The position numbers were made by a program, and so were the translations under genes. From assembly GCA_022826045.1 (NCBI GenBank), contig JAJDVQ010000048.1:2998-66997 (forward strand): DNA of 64,000 nt, read 5' to 3'. Shown here piece after piece: positions 9,458 to 18,968 of the stretch; the first letter of the stretch is position 1, and every line of letters begins with the position of its first letter. The notes under the pieces are model-generated. The model searched no databases and was not told the DNA's origin. It worked only from the letters and a program-made list of their open reading frames with translations. This stretch comes from Acidimicrobiia bacterium. Lineage in GTDB: Bacteria > Actinomycetota > Acidimicrobiia > Acidimicrobiales > Poriferisodalaceae.

Positions 9458-10606
9458 CTACAGCCGCCCGACGATGTAGTCGATGCAGGCGGTGAGGGCT
9501 TCGGCGTCGGCCGGATCGATCGCGGGAAAAGCGGCGATGCGCAGTTGGTTGCGGCCCAGCTTGCGGTAGCCCTCGGTGTCGACGATGTCGTTGGCCCGCA
9601 GTGCCGCTGCGATGTCGTCTGCGCTGACGCCCTCGAAGTCGATCGTGCACACGACTGGGGAGCGCATGGCCTCGTCCGCAACGAACGGCGAGGCGAAGTC
9701 ACGGGCTGCTGCCCAGCCGTACACGGCGCCGCTCGACGCCGCCGAGCGGGATGCGGCCCAACCGAGTCCGCCGCCGTCGAGCATCCACTCTGCGGTCTCG
9801 AGCGTCAGCAGGATCGTGGCCAGCGCCGGGGTGTTGTAGGTCTGATCCTGGCGGGAGTTGCGGGCGGCGATCGCCAAGTCGAGCGTGGCGGGCTTGTAGC
9901 GACCTGAAGCATCGATCCGCTCGATCCGCTTGATCGCGGCCGGCGAGCACAGCGCGATGAACAGCCCGCCATCGGCAGCGAACGCCTTCTGCGGGGCGAA
10001 GTAGTAGCAGTCGACATCTCGGGGGTCCCACATCATCGCTCCGGCCGCCGAGGTGGCGTCGGCCATGACGAGCGCCGGCGAGTCGCCCTGTCGCGACGGA
10101 TCCAGTTGTGGCTGCGTCAGCGGCATCGCCACGCCGGTCGATGTCTCGTTGTGCGTGAGCGCGTACACGTCGATCTCAGCGGGATCTGCCGTCTCGGGCA
10201 CGGGGTGGCTGCCGTACGGTGCCGTGATCACCATCGGGTCCTCCAGGTGCGGTGCGGCAGCAGTGACGGCCGAGAACTTCTCGGAGAACTCGCCGAAGGT
10301 CAGGTGCTGGGCGCGCCGCTCGATCAGCGAGAAGGCCGTCGCGTCCCAAAAGCCGGTGCTGCCGCCGTTGCCCAGTACGACCTCCCAGTCGTCGCCGAGT
10401 CCGAACAACTCGGTCATGGCTGCGCGCAGCCGGCCCACCACTGATCGCACCCCGGTGCGACGATGCGATGTGCCCATATAGTCGAGCGCACGAGCTTCGA
10501 GCGCCTTGACGGCCTCGGGCCGAACCTTGGACGGCCCTGAGCCGAAGCGCCCGTCGGCAGGCCGCAGTTCTGCGGGAATCGAAATCGAAGAGGGAGTGAC
10601 AGCCAT
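9458..10606 (-). CDS. serC: Phosphoserine aminotransferase (actinobacterial type)
   Basis: ...[21 protein letters not shown]...[17 protein letters not shown]...[10 protein letters not shown]... resembles mycobacterial-type SerC. Confidence 0.9.
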   Translation of the reverse strand: MAVTPSSISIPAELRPADGRFGSGPSKVRPEAVKALEARALDYMGTSHRRTGVRSVVGRLRAAMTELFGLGDDWEVVLGNGGSTGFWDATAFSLIERRAQHLTFGEFSEKFSAVTAAAPHLEDPMVITAPYGSHPVPETADPAEIDVYALTHNETSTGVAMPLTQPQLDPSRQGDSPALVMADATSAAGAMMWDPRDVDCYYFAPQKAFAADGGLFIALCSPAAIKRIERIDASGRYKPATLDLAIAARNSRQDQTYNTPALATILLTLETAEWMLDGGGLGWAASRSAASSGAVYGWAAARDFASPFVADEAMRSPVVCTIDFEGVSADDIAAALRANDIVDTEGYRKLGRNQLRIAAFPAIDPADAEALTACIDYIVGRL

Positions 10607-10845
10607 TGGCTGCCACTATTGCGCCCGGCCGTGCTGCCGACAACCACATTTTCGCTACCGAAGCTGAGGCGGCAGGCGAAGCCGTGGCCCGAGCGGCCCG
10701 TGAGCCCAATCGCGTCAGGATGGGGAACAAGAGCGGGGAAGCAACAAGTGCGACACCGACGAGGGCCTCCGCGCCTGATGCGACCGCTGGGCGGCGAGAC
10801 TGTCGGGCGTTCGAGGCAGCGTGTCGAGCAGACGGGAGACGCTCA

Positions 10846-12039
10846 ATGAGCAATCGAGTTTCGACAGCGTTGGCGGGCATTGCCCCGTCGGCAACCCTGG
10901 CGGTGGATGCCAAGGCGAAGGCGCTGCGGGCGGCGGGGGAGAACGTGATCGGCTTCGGCGCCGGCGAGCCCGACTTCCCGACGCCTTCCCACATCGTGGA
11001 CGCAGCGGCCGCCGCGTGCCGCGACGCTGCCAATCACCGCTATTCGCCTGCCGGGGGGCAGCCCGCTCTCAAGGCCGCGCTGGCAGCCAAGACCAAGCGT
11101 GACAGCGGTCTCGACTGGGATGCCGGCCAGTTTCTGGTCACCAATGGCGGCAAGCAAGCCGTCTACAACACCATGGCTGCGCTGGTGGACCCCGGCGACG
11201 AGGTGCTGCTGCCAGCGCCCTACTGGACGACGTATCCCGAAGCGATCCGCGTCTTCGGAGGCGCCCCGGTGGAGGTGTTCGCCGGCATTGAGTCGGGCTT
11301 CCGGATCAGCGTCGAACAGCTCGAAGCGGCGCGCACCGACCGCACCAAGGCCCTGCTGTTCGTGTCGCCGTCGAACCCAACCGGCGCCGTCTACCCGCAC
11401 GACGAGATCGTGGCGATCGGCCAGTGGGCCGTCGAGAACGGATTGTGGGTGATCACCGACGAGATCTACGAGCACCTGACCTACGGCGACGCCGGGCACC
11501 ACTCGCTCCCGGTACTGGTGCCCGAGATCGCCGACCGCTGCGTGGTGGTGAACGGCGTGGCCAAGACCTACGCCATGACGGGCTGGCGGGTCGGGTGGAT
11601 GGCTGGGCCGTCAGACGTGATCGCTGCGGCCACCAACCTGCAGAGCCATGCCACGTCCAACGTCTGCAACGTGGCTCAGGCGGCGGCACTCGCAGCGGTC
11701 TCGGGAGATCTCGAGGCAGTCGCGATGATGCGCTCGGCGTTCGATACGCGGCGCCAGCGCATCACCGAGATGCTCAACTCGATCGACGGCGTGGACTGCC
11801 CCGAGCCCGAGGGCGCGTTCTACGCATTCCCGAACATGGAAGGGCTGCTGGGGCGCAGCTACGGCGGCACGGAAGCCACGACCACGCTCGAGCTGGCCGC
11901 GGCCGTGCTCGAGCACGCGAAGGTGGCCTTCGTGCCCGGCGAGGCCTTCGGTGCCCCCGGCTACGCGCGCTTCTCGTTCGCTCTCGGGCTCGACGACCTG
12001 GCCGAAGGCATCAGCCGCATCGCAGACCTGGTCGGGTGA
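10846..12039 (+). CDS. Class I/II pyridoxal-phosphate aminotransferase (aspartate aminotransferase-like)
   Basis: [51 protein letters not shown]...[10 protein letters not shown]...[19 protein letters not shown] at 10846 preceded by GGGAGA. The upstream 80 codons of the track ORF look non-coding. Confidence 0.9.
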   Translation: MSNRVSTALAGIAPSATLAVDAKAKALRAAGENVIGFGAGEPDFPTPSHIVDAAAAACRDAANHRYSPAGGQPALKAALAAKTKRDSGLDWDAGQFLVTNGGKQAVYNTMAALVDPGDEVLLPAPYWTTYPEAIRVFGGAPVEVFAGIESGFRISVEQLEAARTDRTKALLFVSPSNPTGAVYPHDEIVAIGQWAVENGLWVITDEIYEHLTYGDAGHHSLPVLVPEIADRCVVVNGVAKTYAMTGWRVGWMAGPSDVIAAATNLQSHATSNVCNVAQAAALAAVSGDLEAVAMMRSAFDTRRQRITEMLNSIDGVDCPEPEGAFYAFPNMEGLLGRSYGGTEATTTLELAAAVLEHAKVAFVPGEAFGAPGYARFSFALGLDDLAEGISRIADLVG

Positions 12040-12040
12040 C

Positions 12041-12982
12041 GTGGCACGGGTCTTGGTTGCCGAGACGTTGGCCGATGCCGGCCTCGACCTGCTGCGCGCG
12101 GCCGGCCACGACGTCGATGTCCGTACGGGGCTCAGCGCCGACGAGCTGCGCGACGCCGTCGCCGGGGCACAGGCGCTTGTCATTCGCTCGGCGACTCAGG
12201 TCGACGCTGACCTTCTCGCAGCTGGCGAAGCACTCGTCGTGGTCGGGCGTGCAGGCGTAGGGCTCGACAACATCGATGTCGCCGCGGCAACCGAGCGCGG
12301 CGTGCTCGTGTGCAACGCGCCGTACAGCAACGTCGTGTCGGCAGCCGAGATGACCGTGGCGCTCATGCTGGCGCTGGCGCGCCATGTGCCTCAAGCACAC
12401 CAGGCGCTCGCCGACGGCCGCTGGGAGCGCAGTCGCTGGGGCGGCATGGAGATCTACCGCAAGACGATCGGCATCGTGGGCCTCGGCCGAGTCGGCCGCT
12501 TAGTAGCGCAGCGGATCGCCCCGTTCGACGTAGAGCTCGTCTCCTACGACCCCTATGTGAGCGCGGAATCCGGCCGAGCCGCCGACGTCGAGATGGTGGA
12601 GTTCCTCGAGCTGCTGGAACGATCGGACATCATCACACTGCACATGCCCCGCACGCCGGAGACCGCGGGGCTGCTGGGAGCCGAGAATCTGGCCAGGTGC
12701 CGCCCGCATGCATTGATCGTCAACACCGCTCGTGGCGGCATTCTCGACGAGGCGGCGGCAGCCGCTGCATTGGACGCCGGCCGGCTCGGCGGCATCGCAG
12801 TGGATGTCTACGAGACCGAACCCGCGACTGAGTCGCCGCTGTTCGGCCGACCCGATGTGGTGGCCACCCCGCACCTCGGCGCCAGCACCTCAGAGGCGCA
12901 AGACCGCGCCGGCGCCCAGATCGCCGAACAGGTCAACCTGGCCTTAGCAGGCGATCCCGTGCCCTACGCCGTCAACGCGTAG
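12041..12982 (+). CDS. serA: D-3-phosphoglycerate dehydrogenase-like 2-hydroxyacid dehydrogenase (short form, no ACT domain)
   Basis: VARVLVAETLADAGLDLL...VVGRAGVGLDNIDV...IGIVGLGRVGRLVA...NTARGGILDE...TPHLGASTSEAQ. GTG at 12041, 1 nt after the aminotransferase stop. 313 aa. Confidence 0.85.
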   Translation: MARVLVAETLADAGLDLLRAAGHDVDVRTGLSADELRDAVAGAQALVIRSATQVDADLLAAGEALVVVGRAGVGLDNIDVAAATERGVLVCNAPYSNVVSAAEMTVALMLALARHVPQAHQALADGRWERSRWGGMEIYRKTIGIVGLGRVGRLVAQRIAPFDVELVSYDPYVSAESGRAADVEMVEFLELLERSDIITLHMPRTPETAGLLGAENLARCRPHALIVNTARGGILDEAAAAAALDAGRLGGIAVDVYETEPATESPLFGRPDVVATPHLGASTSEAQDRAGAQIAEQVNLALAGDPVPYAVNA

Positions 12983-13033
12983 CAGTCCGGCGGCCGCCCC
13001 TCCCACATCGCCGCGATCGCGGACGGACGAGCT

Positions 13034-14386
13034 TCAGTGCTGGTTCGCGACTGCGGCCGCGTCGGGATGGTGAAGGTAGCGCTCGGGGATGTCGAAGCGG
13101 AAAATGCGGGCGCTGTTGAGGCCCAGGATCTTGGCCCGCTCACCGTCGTCGAGGTGGCTCATCGTGCGCTCAATGGCTTGGGCCGAATAGGGCCATGAGC
13201 CTTCGTGGTGCGGGAAGTCATTCGCCCACAGGAAGTTGTCGACGAGGCCGTGCCCACGGGCGAGATCCAGGCCCGCGGGATCCTCTTGGAAGCTCGCGAA
13301 GCCCTGCCGCTTGAAGTACTCGCTGGGCAGCATCTCGAGCTTGGGCCGCACCCACATGTGGTGCTTGAGGTAGGCCTCGTCCATGGCGGTCAGCATCCAT
13401 GGCACCCAGCCGATGCCGGCCTCGATCGATCCGAACTGCAGCTTCGGGTGCCGCTCTGCAACACCCGAGGCGCAGATGTTGACCAGCGGTTCCATCGTAG
13501 GCGCCAGCGAGTGCACGGCGTAGTTGATGACCGCACCGCCCTGGCTGCGTGAGGTGCGTGGGTCACGCCCGGTCGAGACGTGGAACGTGACCGGCAGCTC
13601 GACCTCGTCGATGCAGTCCCACAGCGGCTCCATCTCGCGCAGGTTGTAGTTGAGGTCGTCCACGTCTGGCGGCCCGAACACAGGCTTGGCGGGCAGGCTC
13701 AGCCCTTTGAACCCGAGCGCCGCGCAGCGCTGGATCTCCGCGATGGCCTTGTCGAGCGCGGCGGGAGCGATGCAGGCCATCGGGGCCAGCCGGTCGTTGT
13801 AGTCGGCGAACTCCTCCCAGGCCCACTCGTTGTAGGCCCGGCACATGGCGTGGCTGAAGTCGGCATCGGGCGTGGCCCAGATGCTCAGCCCCTTGTTCGG
13901 GAACAGGATCTCGGCGTCGCAGCCGTCCAGCGCCAGGTCGGCCAGCCGGGTCTCGGGGCTGCGCCCGGACTGGTTGCGCAGCTTCTCGTGGCCTTCGAAG
14001 GGCTTGGTCCAGTTGAGCTTGGCCGGGCGGAAGCCTTCGGCCTTCTGGAAGAACTGCTCCTCGGTCGCGCCGCTGCTGGCTTTGCCCGTGCTGTCGATGG
14101 CTTCGCCAGTGGTACCGCCACCCTCACCCTCGGCGCCGTCGCCTTTTGCGCCCTTGCCATGAACATCCATCGCCTTGGTGACGGCAATGGTCGGCAGCCG
14201 GTGGTGGTACGCCGGGTCGATGCGGTCGTACAGAAACGTGTTCGGCTCCTGCACATGCCCGTCCGCCGAGCACATGAAGAACTTGTCATCGGCATCCGGC
14301 CGTGCAGAGCGTAGCCACCCTTCGTTGCCCGGCGTCTCCAGTCGCCACACATTGTTGACATCAGGTTCAGGAATGGTGATCGCCAT
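13034..14386 (-). CDS. Amidohydrolase-2 (ACMSD-like) family metal-dependent hydrolase
   Basis: 450-aa ORF ...FFMCSADGHVQEP...FANDFPHHEGSWPY... Contains a Gly/Ala/Glu-rich low-complexity insert (KGAKGDGAEGEGGGTTGE). Confidence 0.8.
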   Translation of the reverse strand: MAITIPEPDVNNVWRLETPGNEGWLRSARPDADDKFFMCSADGHVQEPNTFLYDRIDPAYHHRLPTIAVTKAMDVHGKGAKGDGAEGEGGGTTGEAIDSTGKASSGATEEQFFQKAEGFRPAKLNWTKPFEGHEKLRNQSGRSPETRLADLALDGCDAEILFPNKGLSIWATPDADFSHAMCRAYNEWAWEEFADYNDRLAPMACIAPAALDKAIAEIQRCAALGFKGLSLPAKPVFGPPDVDDLNYNLREMEPLWDCIDEVELPVTFHVSTGRDPRTSRSQGGAVINYAVHSLAPTMEPLVNICASGVAERHPKLQFGSIEAGIGWVPWMLTAMDEAYLKHHMWVRPKLEMLPSEYFKRQGFASFQEDPAGLDLARGHGLVDNFLWANDFPHHEGSWPYSAQAIERTMSHLDDGERAKILGLNSARIFRFDIPERYLHHPDAAAVANQH

Positions 14387-14510
14387 GTCGGCACTCCAGG
14401 CTCAGAACTCAGGATCAAGGTCTCGGTGCAGTCGGCTGCCCGCCCGAAGAGTCTGGCACGCAACCGCCCCCGGCGACCCGAGCACTCATGCCATCGGCGC
14501 ACTCAGTCTC

Positions 14511-14593
14511 GGCGGATTGCGCCGCAGCGACACTGGTGCATGCGCAAAAGATGCATCACGGGATGCGCAATACATACATCGAAGTGTGCGCAA
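14511..14593. promoter_or_regulatory. Array of GCGCAA-core repeats: TGCGCAA at 14541, 14564 and 14587 (exact 23-nt spacing) plus inverted TTGCGC at 14517
   Basis: Read directly in the 441-nt divergent intergenic region between the amidohydrolase (start 14386, minus) and the AAA+ ATPase (start 14828, plus). Confidence 0.5.
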
Positions 14594-14827
14594 TAGGGAC
14601 ATTCCGGCCGATACAGGCCTCGGATCGGTTCACGCTCGGCGACCGCATCGAGGCCATCCCGATCTGCGCCCTCTGGAAGTGACCGCCGCTACAGGTTGGC
14701 AAAACACCTACTAGCCATGCGGTATAACACCTAGTAGTCTTACATGGCCAGAGAAAGTGAGGACGTAAACCGGCGCAGTTGCCGGGTTCGACATATCGAG
14801 CCGGGATGAGGGCAAGGAGGCATATCG

Positions 14828-16105
14828 GTGGTGACTGGGCACGGGGAAGTCCAACGTCGCATTGAGCCCAGGTTGCGGCATTCGCTGGACACCTTTCGAG
14901 TCGTCGTGCTCGGGGGGCCACGGCAGTCGGGCAAGACGACCTTGGCGCACCGGATCGTGGGCAGTGGCACCTATCTCAATCTCGACGATCCGACAGTTCG
15001 CTCGTTCGCGCTCGACGATCCGACAGGTTTCATAGCCGACCGCCCCCGACCGATCGTGATCGACGAGGTACAGCGGGCCGGCGACGACCTCATCCGCGCC
15101 GTCAAGCTGGCGGTCGATGCCGATCCGACCCCGGGAGGCTTCCTGCTGACGGGCTCGACGAACTTCCTGACGGTTCCGGTGTTCTCGGAGTCGCTGGCGG
15201 GCCGAGCAGTGTTCTTCGACCTAGCGCCGTTCTCGCAGGTCGAGATGGAAGGCACTGGCAACGGGTTGTTGACCTTCTTGCTGGATGACGGTCGCGCCCA
15301 AGCGACCGCGACCCAAGAGCTGCTGCATGCCGCACCGTCAGCAGTGACCCGGGCCGACTATGCCGACCGCATCTGTCGCGGCGGCTATCCCGAAGCAATC
15401 AGCTTGGGGGAATCAGATCGCCGGCTGTGGTTCGACGCATACGTGCATACCGCTGTGACCCGCGACATCGTCGAGGTCACTGGGGCTCGACGGTCCACCG
15501 AGCTGGCGCGTTTGCTCCGAGCGGCCGCGGCCAGGACGGCCTCAGAACTCGTGATGCGCGACATCCATCGCGACCTGGAGTTGGGCGGCATCGACACCAC
15601 AGCCGACTACCTGTCGTATCTGGAGATGACTCACCTCGTTAGCCGCATGTCCGGCTGGGCTACTGGTGCGGCCACACGCGCTAAGCGCCGCCCGAAGGTC
15701 CATGTCAACGACACCGGACTCGCGACGGCGCTGCTGGGGCTCACCGCGAATTCGCTGGATGGTCCGGCCAGCGAGCAGCGCGGACCGCTGCACGAGACCT
15801 TCGCGGTCAACGAGCTGCGTCGCCAAGCCGCGGCAATGGGCCAGCCTCTCAACTTCTGTCACTACCGCGACTCCCGCGGACGCGAGGTGGACCTTCTTGT
15901 CGAGCGTCCAGACGGTCGGGTGATAGCGGTGGAGATCAAGGCCGGTGCGACGGTGCGGCCCACGGACGCCAAGTGGCTGACATGGCTCAGGGATCTCATC
16001 CGAGACAGGTTCGAGATCGGCCTCGTTCTCTACACAGGCTCAGCACCGCTGCCCGTGGCAGATCGCATCGTGGCACTTCCCCTGTCGTACCTCTGGGAGA
16101 TCTGA
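14828..16105 (+). CDS. AAA+ ATPase with C-terminal DUF4143 (PD-(D/E)xK-like) domain
   Basis: Walker A VVLGGPRQSGKTTLA, Walker B-like PIVIDEVQ, C-terminal ...GREVDLLVERPDGRVIAVEIKAG (D...E-x-K nuclease-like motif). AAGGAGG lies 7 nt upstream of the GTG. Confidence 0.85.
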   Translation: MVTGHGEVQRRIEPRLRHSLDTFRVVVLGGPRQSGKTTLAHRIVGSGTYLNLDDPTVRSFALDDPTGFIADRPRPIVIDEVQRAGDDLIRAVKLAVDADPTPGGFLLTGSTNFLTVPVFSESLAGRAVFFDLAPFSQVEMEGTGNGLLTFLLDDGRAQATATQELLHAAPSAVTRADYADRICRGGYPEAISLGESDRRLWFDAYVHTAVTRDIVEVTGARRSTELARLLRAAAARTASELVMRDIHRDLELGGIDTTADYLSYLEMTHLVSRMSGWATGAATRAKRRPKVHVNDTGLATALLGLTANSLDGPASEQRGPLHETFAVNELRRQAAAMGQPLNFCHYRDSRGREVDLLVERPDGRVIAVEIKAGATVRPTDAKWLTWLRDLIRDRFEIGLVLYTGSAPLPVADRIVALPLSYLWEI

Positions 16106-16163
16106 CCTCGCCTGCTAGGCAAGGCCTGTCGGGATGTTTCGAATCGGTCGTGAACGGAACGGT

Positions 16164-17165
16164 TCAGCAGCTTGGTTGCAGATGCGAACGGAGCCAGTCG
16201 GGAGCGAGGGCACCCTTGAGGGATATGAGGCTGATGGCCCACTGGGGCGGTGGCTGAGTGAGGTCCGTGGCGTGGGGAGTTATCGAGGTGCGTTTGCCGA
16301 CGGCTTCGACCAGGCAGGCGGTGGCGGCGGCCTCGGCGGCGTTCGCTTCGCTCGCGTCCTCGGTGCTGGCGGGTGGCACTGCTTGCAGCAATCCCTTGAT
16401 GCGGGCGATGCCGTCGGGCAGGTCGGCGAGCAGCGCCTCGATGATTGGCATGGGCAGTGGTGCGTCGAGGACGACGGTCTGCGATTCGAAGAGATCCTCC
16501 ACCGTGTGCCATCCGCGAGCAACGACCCCCGCGGGCGCCGGTCGTTCAGAGGTGTCGGCCGCGTCACTGGCCGATCCGGGGCCGAGCAGCACATCGATGG
16601 GCACCGCAGCTCGACTCGCGCGGACAACAGCGGCGCCGGCCGAAAGCCCGGCCAGCCAGTCGCACAGGTCGTCGGCCTTGTCGGCATCGTCGAGCAGGTC
16701 GATCTTGTTGACCACCAGCAGGTCTGCAGCCGCGAGCTGCATCCGCACGGTGTCGGCCACCCAGCGGTCGTTGGCTTGGCGTCGTACCTGCTCGGCATCC
16801 GCCATGACCACCACGGCATCCAGTCGCAGCCCGGGCGTGTGGCCGTAGGCCGCGATCTGAGTCGGGTCGGCGACACCGCTGGCCTCGATGAGCAGGCGCT
16901 GCGGGAGCGTGCCCGCTGAGCGGATCTGCATGAGTGCGGCGGCGAAGCCGTCAGCAAGCGTGCAGCAGATGCAGCCGTTGGCCAGCGTCAGCTTGTCGCT
17001 GTCGGCGGCCACGATGAGGTCCTCGTCGATGGAGATCTCGCCGAAGTCGTTGACGATCACTGCGATGCGCTCCTCGGTCGAGCGCAGCACATGGTTCACC
17101 AGCGTCGTCTTGCCCGCGCCGAGGTAGCCGCCGACGACTGTCACGGGAAGGCGCTGAATGCTCAT
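16164..17165 (-). CDS. CobW/COG0523-family G3E GTPase (putative metallochaperone)
   Basis: VVGGYLGAGKTTLVNHVL (P-loop), GCICCTL (CxCC metal motif), VVNKIDL. Confidence 0.9.
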   Translation of the reverse strand: MSIQRLPVTVVGGYLGAGKTTLVNHVLRSTEERIAVIVNDFGEISIDEDLIVAADSDKLTLANGCICCTLADGFAAALMQIRSAGTLPQRLLIEASGVADPTQIAAYGHTPGLRLDAVVVMADAEQVRRQANDRWVADTVRMQLAAADLLVVNKIDLLDDADKADDLCDWLAGLSAGAAVVRASRAAVPIDVLLGPGSASDAADTSERPAPAGVVARGWHTVEDLFESQTVVLDAPLPMPIIEALLADLPDGIARIKGLLQAVPPASTEDASEANAAEAAATACLVEAVGKRTSITPHATDLTQPPPQWAISLISLKGALAPDWLRSHLQPSC

Positions 17166-17234
17166 CTGCCCCTCATCTTGCCCGCACCCGCGACATCGCC
17201 GCGCAACGCCGTGCGCCCGCCGCTGGAGCGGCCC

Positions 17235-18941
17235 CTACGCGTCGCTGGTCTGCGCGGGCTGGAGCACGCCGCCCAGCACGGTGCCCCACACGCCGATGTC
17301 GCGCAGCGCCATCGGGTCGACAGTGAGCGGGTCGTCTTCCAGCACGGCGAAGTCGGCCAGCTTGCCGGCCTCGATGCTGCCGATCTCGGCGTCCATCTTG
17401 ATCTGCCGAGCAGCCTCGATGGTGATGGCCCGCAGCGCGTCCGGCACGCCGATTCGCTCGTCGGGCCCCAGCACCTGGCCTGATGCCGTCAACCGGTTGA
17501 CCGCGCACCATGCGGTGTGCAGATGACCCAGCGGCGTGATCGGCGAGTCCGAGTGGATCGAGAAGCTGACGCCGCTGGCCAGCGCGGTGCCGCAGGCGTC
17601 CATCCGCGCCGCACGCTCGGGCCCCACGGTCACGTCCCGATGCTGGTCGCCCCAGTAGTAGATGTGGTTCGAGAAAATGTTGGCGCACATGCCCAGCGCT
17701 GCCATGCGGCGGTACTGGTCCGGCGTGGTGAGCTGGCAGTGCTGCACCGTGTGGCGGTGATCCCAGCGGGGATGACGCTCGAGCACTTGCTCCACCGCGT
17801 CGATGAACACCTCGGAGGCTTCGTCGCCGTTGCAGTGGCAATGCACGGTGAGGCCCGCCCGGTGGTACGGCTCCACCAGATCGGCCATCTGGTCGGGCGC
17901 CGTCAGCCACAAACCGTTGCCGATGTGCCCAGGCGGCGGCTTGTAGTAGTGCGGCCAGCTGATGCGGGCGGTGAAGCCCTGGATCGAGCCGTCCAGGATC
18001 AGCTTGACGATGCCGAAGCGAAGCTTGTCGGTCTGCTCGCTCTTCAGCTGCACGCACAGCTCGGCCAGCTCGGCCGGCTCGGCCGTGGCCCCGAACAGGT
18101 TCGACATCGCCACCATGACTCGCGCCGGATATGTCGGGTCGCCGGTCACCTTCTTCCAGTTGCTGAGCTGGTCTGGGTCCCAGAGCTGCGTCGTGCCCAA
18201 GTCGGTCAGCAGCGTGTGGCCGGCATTGCGTGCTTCGTTGCCGTAGCGCCAGCGGGCTTGCTCGCTGCGGTTGGCCTTCATCATGTCGACGAATGCCTCG
18301 CCTGCCAGCATCATCCCGGCGGGTTCGTGCAGCTCGCCGTTCGGCAGGCCGTCGCCGCCCCGGGCCACGCCGGGACTGGTCGCCGTCTCGTCGATGCCGC
18401 ACCGGTCCATGAGCGCCGAGTTGATGGTGGCGAGATGCCCGCTGGCATGCAGTATCAGCGTCGGCCGGTCGCCAGTCACGGTGTCGAGGTGGCGGGCCAC
18501 GAGCCGCTCGCCCGGGAAGTAGATGGGATCGAGGCCCCACGCCAGCAGCGTCTGGGAATCGTCGGTCATGTCCGCCGCGGCCTTGGCCAGCCGCTCGAGC
18601 ACATCGTCGATCGACGTGCAGCCCGGCCACAGAAGTCCTTGGGGATCGCGCCGGTCGAAGTAGCCGACGTAGGTGGAGTTCCACAGGCCGCCTGACATCA
18701 CATGGCAATGGGCCTCGATGAACCCGGGCATGATGACGTGCTCGGCGAAGCGATCGTCGATGCGGTGCTCGCCCCACGACGCCAGCTCGTCGGTGCTGCC
18801 GACGCCCAGAATGCGGTCTCCGGCCACGGCCACGGCTTCGCCGTAGGGAAACGCGGGGTTGATGGTGATGACCCGGCGAGCCGGGTAGATCACGAATGGT
18901 TCGTTCGTCTCGCTGCGGTCGGCATGGGCTGTCGTCATCAA
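17235..18941 (-). CDS. Amidohydrolase-3 (YtcJ-like) family metal-dependent hydrolase
   Basis: 568 aa; PGFIEAHCHVMSGG (HxH metal site), ...LTVHCHCNGDEA..., ...SIHSDSP... Confidence 0.85.
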   Translation of the reverse strand: MMTTAHADRSETNEPFVIYPARRVITINPAFPYGEAVAVAGDRILGVGSTDELASWGEHRIDDRFAEHVIMPGFIEAHCHVMSGGLWNSTYVGYFDRRDPQGLLWPGCTSIDDVLERLAKAAADMTDDSQTLLAWGLDPIYFPGERLVARHLDTVTGDRPTLILHASGHLATINSALMDRCGIDETATSPGVARGGDGLPNGELHEPAGMMLAGEAFVDMMKANRSEQARWRYGNEARNAGHTLLTDLGTTQLWDPDQLSNWKKVTGDPTYPARVMVAMSNLFGATAEPAELAELCVQLKSEQTDKLRFGIVKLILDGSIQGFTARISWPHYYKPPPGHIGNGLWLTAPDQMADLVEPYHRAGLTVHCHCNGDEASEVFIDAVEQVLERHPRWDHRHTVQHCQLTTPDQYRRMAALGMCANIFSNHIYYWGDQHRDVTVGPERAARMDACGTALASGVSFSIHSDSPITPLGHLHTAWCAVNRLTASGQVLGPDERIGVPDALRAITIEAARQIKMDAEIGSIEAGKLADFAVLEDDPLTVDPMALRDIGVWGTVLGGVLQPAQTSDA

Positions 18942-18968
18942 ATCGTTGGCCTCCTGTACGACGGTGGG

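Noticed and set aside
10607-10845. Possible riboswitch or leader in the 240-nt serC/aminotransferase divergent region
   Set aside because: I could not recognise any known riboswitch consensus or a convincing terminator/antiterminator pair by eye. It would need an Infernal/Rfam scan.
14488-14682. 64-aa plus-strand ORF covering the TGCGCAA repeat array
   Set aside because: There is no Shine-Dalgarno upstream, the third-position G+C is weak in the first half, and no family is recognised. I treat the region as regulatory/non-coding. I cannot exclude a small Cys-containing protein; Ribo-seq or conservation would decide.
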